DNA from: Candidatus Thorarchaeota archaeon
Lineage (GTDB): Archaea > Asgardarchaeota > Thorarchaeia > Thorarchaeales > Thorarchaeaceae
Length of the DNA stretch: 11,224 nucleotides
Assembly (NCBI GenBank): GCA_011364905.1
Contig: RDNZ01000065.1
Span: forward strand, 1-11,224
Direction of reading: 5' to 3'
Below the pieces are notes generated by a model. It was not told the origin of the DNA. It searched no databases and was given only the letters and a program-made list of their open reading frames with translations. Shown here one piece after another: positions 7,212 through 11,224 of the stretch. A program made the position numbers and the translations under genes. The stretch's first letter is position 1. Each line of letters begins with the position of its first letter.

Positions 7212-7505
7212 CTAGTCAAATGTTGGCTTTCTAGTCGCAACATCTTCATCCTCTTCTCGAAGTTTGTGCTGGAATGGTCTGCCCTGTCCATAGATTGTTG
7301 GATCCATGTCCTTAGTCTTGGTCATTATCGTGATGAATCCTCCACATTGAATGGCCAGTGACACAAGAGAGATTACAAACACGTCAGGGAAATAGTCATG
7401 ACTGAAAAGTTCCATTACCCAGACTGATGGATAGATTATTGCTTGAATAAGAATTCCAAGCAGGAGCATCAATACCCATTTGTTTGTCCAATTTCTCAAA
7501 GCCAT
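7212..7505 (-). CDS. Small hypothetical membrane protein (2 TM segments plus charged tail)
   Basis: 97-aa ORF with an ATG start, two hydrophobic stretches and a TTTAATTAA TATA-like element about 55 bp upstream. Confidence 0.7.
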   Translation of the reverse strand: MALRNWTNKWVLMLLLGILIQAIIYPSVWVMELFSHDYFPDVFVISLVSLAIQCGGFITIMTKTKDMDPTIYGQGRPFQHKLREEDEDVATRKPTFD

Positions 7506-7579
7506 TCAGTAGCAACTTCCTACATGTCTTAGCCAAGACTTCAGCCACATGGTCTCTTAATTAAAGGTGTCTATGGCAG

Positions 7580-8545
7580 CTATCCTGGATTATAGTTGTC
7601 CTGCAACTCTTCTGCGAGCAGGGCTGCCAGCTCCCTAAAATCACGCATTGATATGTGTGGAACACTGCTCGTACGCTCGGGGATGTCGAACCGAGCTACT
7701 ATCACAATGACATCCTTATCCATTGAGTATTCAAGAAGCGCCGGGTACCGAGTCCCAATCCGGAATGTATCTTCACGTGCTTCGACTCGACCACCTTTGT
7801 AAGCCGTTCCAACAAGATACGGGTAGGCAAATCCACTGTGCGAAACTTGTACCTTAATCTGGACGGTTTCAGGGAGATTTTGGACATAGGCTTTGACCTC
7901 AGCATCAATGATGGTCTGAACTCCTCCACGGACTCCGAGCTCTACATTCATTCCGGCTCTAACACCTCGCACTCCAGCAAGCTCGCTTGCAAAACTGTAG
8001 ACATCACCCTTCAGTGGAGGCTTGAAGAACTCCTGAGCGTCTATGGATGGAATTCTGAATCCAATAACAAACCCTGCAACTGCAACAATGCTGCATTCAA
8101 GGACGATGAAGAGAATTGGATCGAGTATAGGATTAATGAGAACAAGTCCAGTCCTTTGAGAGAAGTAAATCAAATATCCTAGAATTGCGACAAAGATTAG
8201 AGCGCAGAAAAAGCTCAGAGTATCGCCAGGGTGTGAATACAACTCGCCATATGCATCTTCATACTTTTCAACCATGTCATCATAATCAGCAAAACTTACC
8301 CAGGTCTTCTTCTTCTCCCATTTTCCGGGTATGTAGTCGATAGCTCTCTTAGAGCCTGCGCCCATCGCCAATGACACCAAGAATAGTGCGACAGGAATAT
8401 CAATGTAAATTACCAATCTAATCATTTCACCGGTCTCTAGAAAGTTCAGAGCTATTGCCGCAACTGCGAAGAGAACTGCAATGACTGCGAAGGCCCTGTT
8501 CACACCTCTTTGACGACTATAGTCGATGATTCTCTCTTCGTTCAA
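7580..8545 (-). CDS. Hypothetical 4-TM membrane protein with C-terminal soluble domain (paralog C)
   Basis: 321-aa ORF with a TTG start; shares motif order with the two upstream genes. Confidence 0.8.
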   Translation of the reverse strand: MNEERIIDYSRQRGVNRAFAVIAVLFAVAAIALNFLETGEMIRLVIYIDIPVALFLVSLAMGAGSKRAIDYIPGKWEKKKTWVSFADYDDMVEKYEDAYGELYSHPGDTLSFFCALIFVAILGYLIYFSQRTGLVLINPILDPILFIVLECSIVAVAGFVIGFRIPSIDAQEFFKPPLKGDVYSFASELAGVRGVRAGMNVELGVRGGVQTIIDAEVKAYVQNLPETVQIKVQVSHSGFAYPYLVGTAYKGGRVEAREDTFRIGTRYPALLEYSMDKDVIVIVARFDIPERTSSVPHISMRDFRELAALLAEELQDNYNPG

Positions 8546-8591
8546 TCCAAACCGTCCCGATACAATCTCAGTACTTGGGGAGTGATAAGCT

Positions 8592-9539
8592 CTACGATGA
8601 TTGATGAACTTCCTTTTCTGTTGAGTGACTCAGAAATGCTTTGACCTCTTCGACCACTTCATCAAGGAATTCCTCCTCCTCTTTCTCCTTGATGTAAGTT
8701 TCTAGCAATCTCAGAGCTAGTTCCGCAATGAGCCTCGTAGAAACCTCTTCATTAGAGTGCTCCGTCACCTTCTGTGAGCCCGACTCATCAAGGACAATCG
8801 TGGTGGACATCTTTGAAAAATTGCCTTCTTCATCTTGTTCCCCTTGAATCATTGCAGCGCTCTCGATGCCCTCAATTCTTGCCACAGGTGATACACTACG
8901 AATCGAATAGTAGCCTGATGCCTCCCCTAAGATCAGCTTCACGCCAACCCAGGAAAGACCTGGTGATTTATGCATCAGCTCAATCATAGGATGTAGACGT
9001 TTCACTGAAACTGTTGGGAAATGTGGTGTGGCCTCATTTGGCATGATTTTGAACACAATTGAAGCGCACACAAGTCCGAAAAGCAATACAAAGAGACCAA
9101 AAATCACAGGCGTCACTGCAATCAGTGTCAGTACGGTTCGCATGAGAACAAAGGGAGTCGTCACTGCAGCAAAGCCTATGATGCCCGCTAATCCTATGAG
9201 GTTGTAGTCAATTTCTGAGAGGAAATCGCGATACTCTTTTCGATATTCTTTCATCATCTCTTTGTATTCAGTAAGTGAAATTTCTCTTTCTCTCAAGGTC
9301 CAGATTGGATCAACGTATATCACTTGTATCTTCATTCTCCAAGCGACTGCTGCAACCACGGGGACTATGCTGACAAGTACAAACACGGACCAAGCTATCC
9401 ATGAAAGAGGTTTTTCATACAGTGGAACCAACTGGACTTGCGCCACTTCAAAACCGATGATTGCCCAAACGAATACTATCAGGAAAAGTGCAATTTGGTA
9501 AGTACGAAATGATCCTATTCTTACGGGACCCTCAGTCAA
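8592..9539 (-). CDS. Hypothetical 4-TM membrane protein with C-terminal soluble domain (paralog B)
   Basis: 315-aa ORF with a TTG start 2 bp after the upstream stop; motifs YVDPIW, PGLSW and ARIEGIE. Confidence 0.8.
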   Translation of the reverse strand: MTEGPVRIGSFRTYQIALFLIVFVWAIIGFEVAQVQLVPLYEKPLSWIAWSVFVLVSIVPVVAAVAWRMKIQVIYVDPIWTLREREISLTEYKEMMKEYRKEYRDFLSEIDYNLIGLAGIIGFAAVTTPFVLMRTVLTLIAVTPVIFGLFVLLFGLVCASIVFKIMPNEATPHFPTVSVKRLHPMIELMHKSPGLSWVGVKLILGEASGYYSIRSVSPVARIEGIESAAMIQGEQDEEGNFSKMSTTIVLDESGSQKVTEHSNEEVSTRLIAELALRLLETYIKEKEEEEFLDEVVEEVKAFLSHSTEKEVHQSS

Positions 9540-9541
9540 CC

Positions 9542-10555
9542 TTATCCCTCAGGAGGTGTAGCATTTAACTCGGTTAGGACCTGAGACAGGTTCTCATTTC
9601 GACCTCGAGTTTCAAGCCATTCCAAGATTATAATGGCAACTGCGTTCTCAAGAACCACCCTGATGTCCTTGACGCCCGGATGCGCAACCTTGGATTTGAC
9701 TGGGAGTCGGACATAGTATCCGTTTTCATCCTTGCCTACGAACTTGCGGTAGTTCCTATCGGTTCCAATCCACCACCACACAACTTGCGGAAGTTTTTCT
9801 GTTTCCATGAGCCTACACAGAACACGGCTGACAGCATGAAGATCCTCGGACCAAGATTCAATGTATGCATCATGCTCAATGCCATCGATCCGAGCAATCA
9901 CTCTGGGGCTTTCATAGATCTCGTGACCATCCCGCATTCCTTTATCGAACACAACACGGATGTATGATAGACCTGGAATATGCTCCTGAGCTTTGGCAAG
10001 TGTAATCGTTTCTCTTGCAAGGAGAATATCGAAGTCCTCAGATGCAGCATTGGAAGTAGCCAATAACGCACCTACCGATGCAACCACATACACGAGTGAA
10101 AGAGAGATTGCAAACAGCCAAGGGCCAAGTCCCTCCAGGATGAGATGCTCCATATAGATGTAGACTGGTAGTCCAGCAAGAAAGAGAAGAAGGGCTATTG
10201 GGATAAAGAAAGTCCAGTAACTGCTGTTCGAAACTAGTCGCCAGTACTTTCGTTTGTTTTGTTTTACAAGGATCTTAGCCTCGTCAATCTTCATCTGAAC
10301 CGGTTCCATGGTCCATGTGGGATCACTGTAGTTGATAGTGGATTTCTTACCATACCAACCAATGTAGAATCCAATCGCTGAAACTAACACTGGAAGACCA
10401 ATGAAACAGACCAAGTATGCGACCAGATCCCATGTTGAAGTAGGAAGATACATGTCTGCTACGAAGTAGCCTATGGCGATAAGCGACAGACCACCCAGGA
10501 CTATAGCTGCGTAAATCTTTGTCAGTGATTTGTAGGTCACAAAAGGATCTGTCAT
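9542..10555 (-). CDS. Hypothetical 4-TM membrane protein with C-terminal soluble domain (paralog A)
   Basis: 337-aa ORF with an ATG start; motifs YSDPTW, PGLSY and ARIDGIE. Confidence 0.8.
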   Translation of the reverse strand: MTDPFVTYKSLTKIYAAIVLGGLSLIAIGYFVADMYLPTSTWDLVAYLVCFIGLPVLVSAIGFYIGWYGKKSTINYSDPTWTMEPVQMKIDEAKILVKQNKRKYWRLVSNSSYWTFFIPIALLLFLAGLPVYIYMEHLILEGLGPWLFAISLSLVYVVASVGALLATSNAASEDFDILLARETITLAKAQEHIPGLSYIRVVFDKGMRDGHEIYESPRVIARIDGIEHDAYIESWSEDLHAVSRVLCRLMETEKLPQVVWWWIGTDRNYRKFVGKDENGYYVRLPVKSKVAHPGVKDIRVVLENAVAIIILEWLETRGRNENLSQVLTELNATPPEG

Positions 10556-10700
10556 CTTTACGCCGCCTGAATCTAGAGATTGTGCAGTTTCCTTGCTCTT
10601 TAAGGATTACTAATAGTCTAGGACCGATACAAATCTTTATTACTCAAATGTCCCTAATTTAGTTAATTATTGTTAATTCTATCGAGGAGATGACAGTTCA
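10556..10700. promoter_or_regulatory. AT-rich divergent promoter region between the membrane operon and bcp
   Basis: 145-bp non-coding AT-rich gap with TATA-like tracts (CTTTAAGG, AAATCTTTATTA), a GTTAATT repeat and an SD-like GAGGAGATGA before the bcp TTG. Confidence 0.5.
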
Positions 10701-11183
10701 TTGCTAAAAGTGGGTGACAAGGCGCCAAATTTCACGACAACAACCGAAAACGGAGAAATGATCAAGCTCAACGACTTCAAAGGGAAGAAAATTTTCCTCT
10801 ATTTCTATCCCAAGGACAACACGCCGGGATGCAAAGCTGAGGCTTGTTCTATTCGTGACAACTTCAAAGTGTTTGAGAAATCCGACATCCCTGTTTTCGG
10901 GGTCTCGGGTGGCAACAAGAAGTCGCACAAGAGTTTCAAAGATAAGAACAATCTTCCCTTCCCGCTCCTCATGGACGAGGAGTTTGAGATTGCGAAGCTC
11001 TATGACGTCTATAAGAAAAAGAGCATGTATGGGAAGGAGTACATGGGTATCGAACGAACAACTTTCCTCATAGATGAGAAAGGAAAAATCGAGGGGATTT
11101 TTGGTGGCCCAGAGGGAATTGAGAAGGTCAAAACCAAGGAGCATGCGGACCAAGTCATCAAATTCTGGAATCTCAAATTGTAG
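10701..11183 (+). CDS. bcp: Thioredoxin-dependent thiol peroxidase, BCP/PrxQ peroxiredoxin (atypical 2-Cys, CxxxxC)
   Basis: LKVGDKAPNF, YFYPKDNTPGCKAEAC (peroxidatic PxxxTxxC plus resolving Cys), LPFPLL and GIERTTFLID. Confidence 0.95.
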   Translation: MLKVGDKAPNFTTTTENGEMIKLNDFKGKKIFLYFYPKDNTPGCKAEACSIRDNFKVFEKSDIPVFGVSGGNKKSHKSFKDKNNLPFPLLMDEEFEIAKLYDVYKKKSMYGKEYMGIERTTFLIDEKGKIEGIFGGPEGIEKVKTKEHADQVIKFWNLKL

Positions 11184-11224
11184 AAGGAATTGTAATGTTA
11201 CAAAAAGGCGATATCGCGCCAGAT

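Noticed and set aside
432-11153. Short antisense or alternate-frame ORFs from the track (e.g. 432..800, 1232..1702, 3712..4014, 5661..6038, 7838..8182, 10704..11153)
   Set aside because: They are shadows of well-supported genes, with no recognisable motifs.
1-11224. CRISPR array, tRNA, rRNA or IS element
   Set aside because: No regularly spaced repeats, cloverleaf-like sequence or transposase/integrase motifs; nearly all sequence is accounted for by CDSs.

Overview
Gene-dense archaeal window. The archaeal call rests on an RFC small subunit, a DUF2240-like gene and TATA/BRE-like intergenic motifs; an Asgard/Thorarchaeia origin is only my impression. Left half: a DNA-metabolism cluster with a long-form XPB/Rad25 helicase carrying the bacterial/eukaryotic N-terminal domain and no adjacent Bax1, an APH/choline-kinase-like phosphotransferase, a DUF2240-like small protein, a divergent RFC small subunit with a ~50-aa insertion, and a ~572-aa protein that resembles TFIIH p52/Tfb2 along much of its length and ends in a CxxCx5C motif. 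Right half: five minus-strand membrane-protein genes, three of them divergent tandem paralogs with a shared 4-TM plus soluble-domain architecture, followed by a divergently transcribed BCP/PrxQ peroxiredoxin. The best candidates for undescribed systems are a minimal archaeal XPB-p52 (TFIIH-like) module and the three-paralog membrane complex. No rRNA, tRNA, CRISPR array or mobile element was seen. All homology calls were made by eye from remembered motifs, with no database searches.
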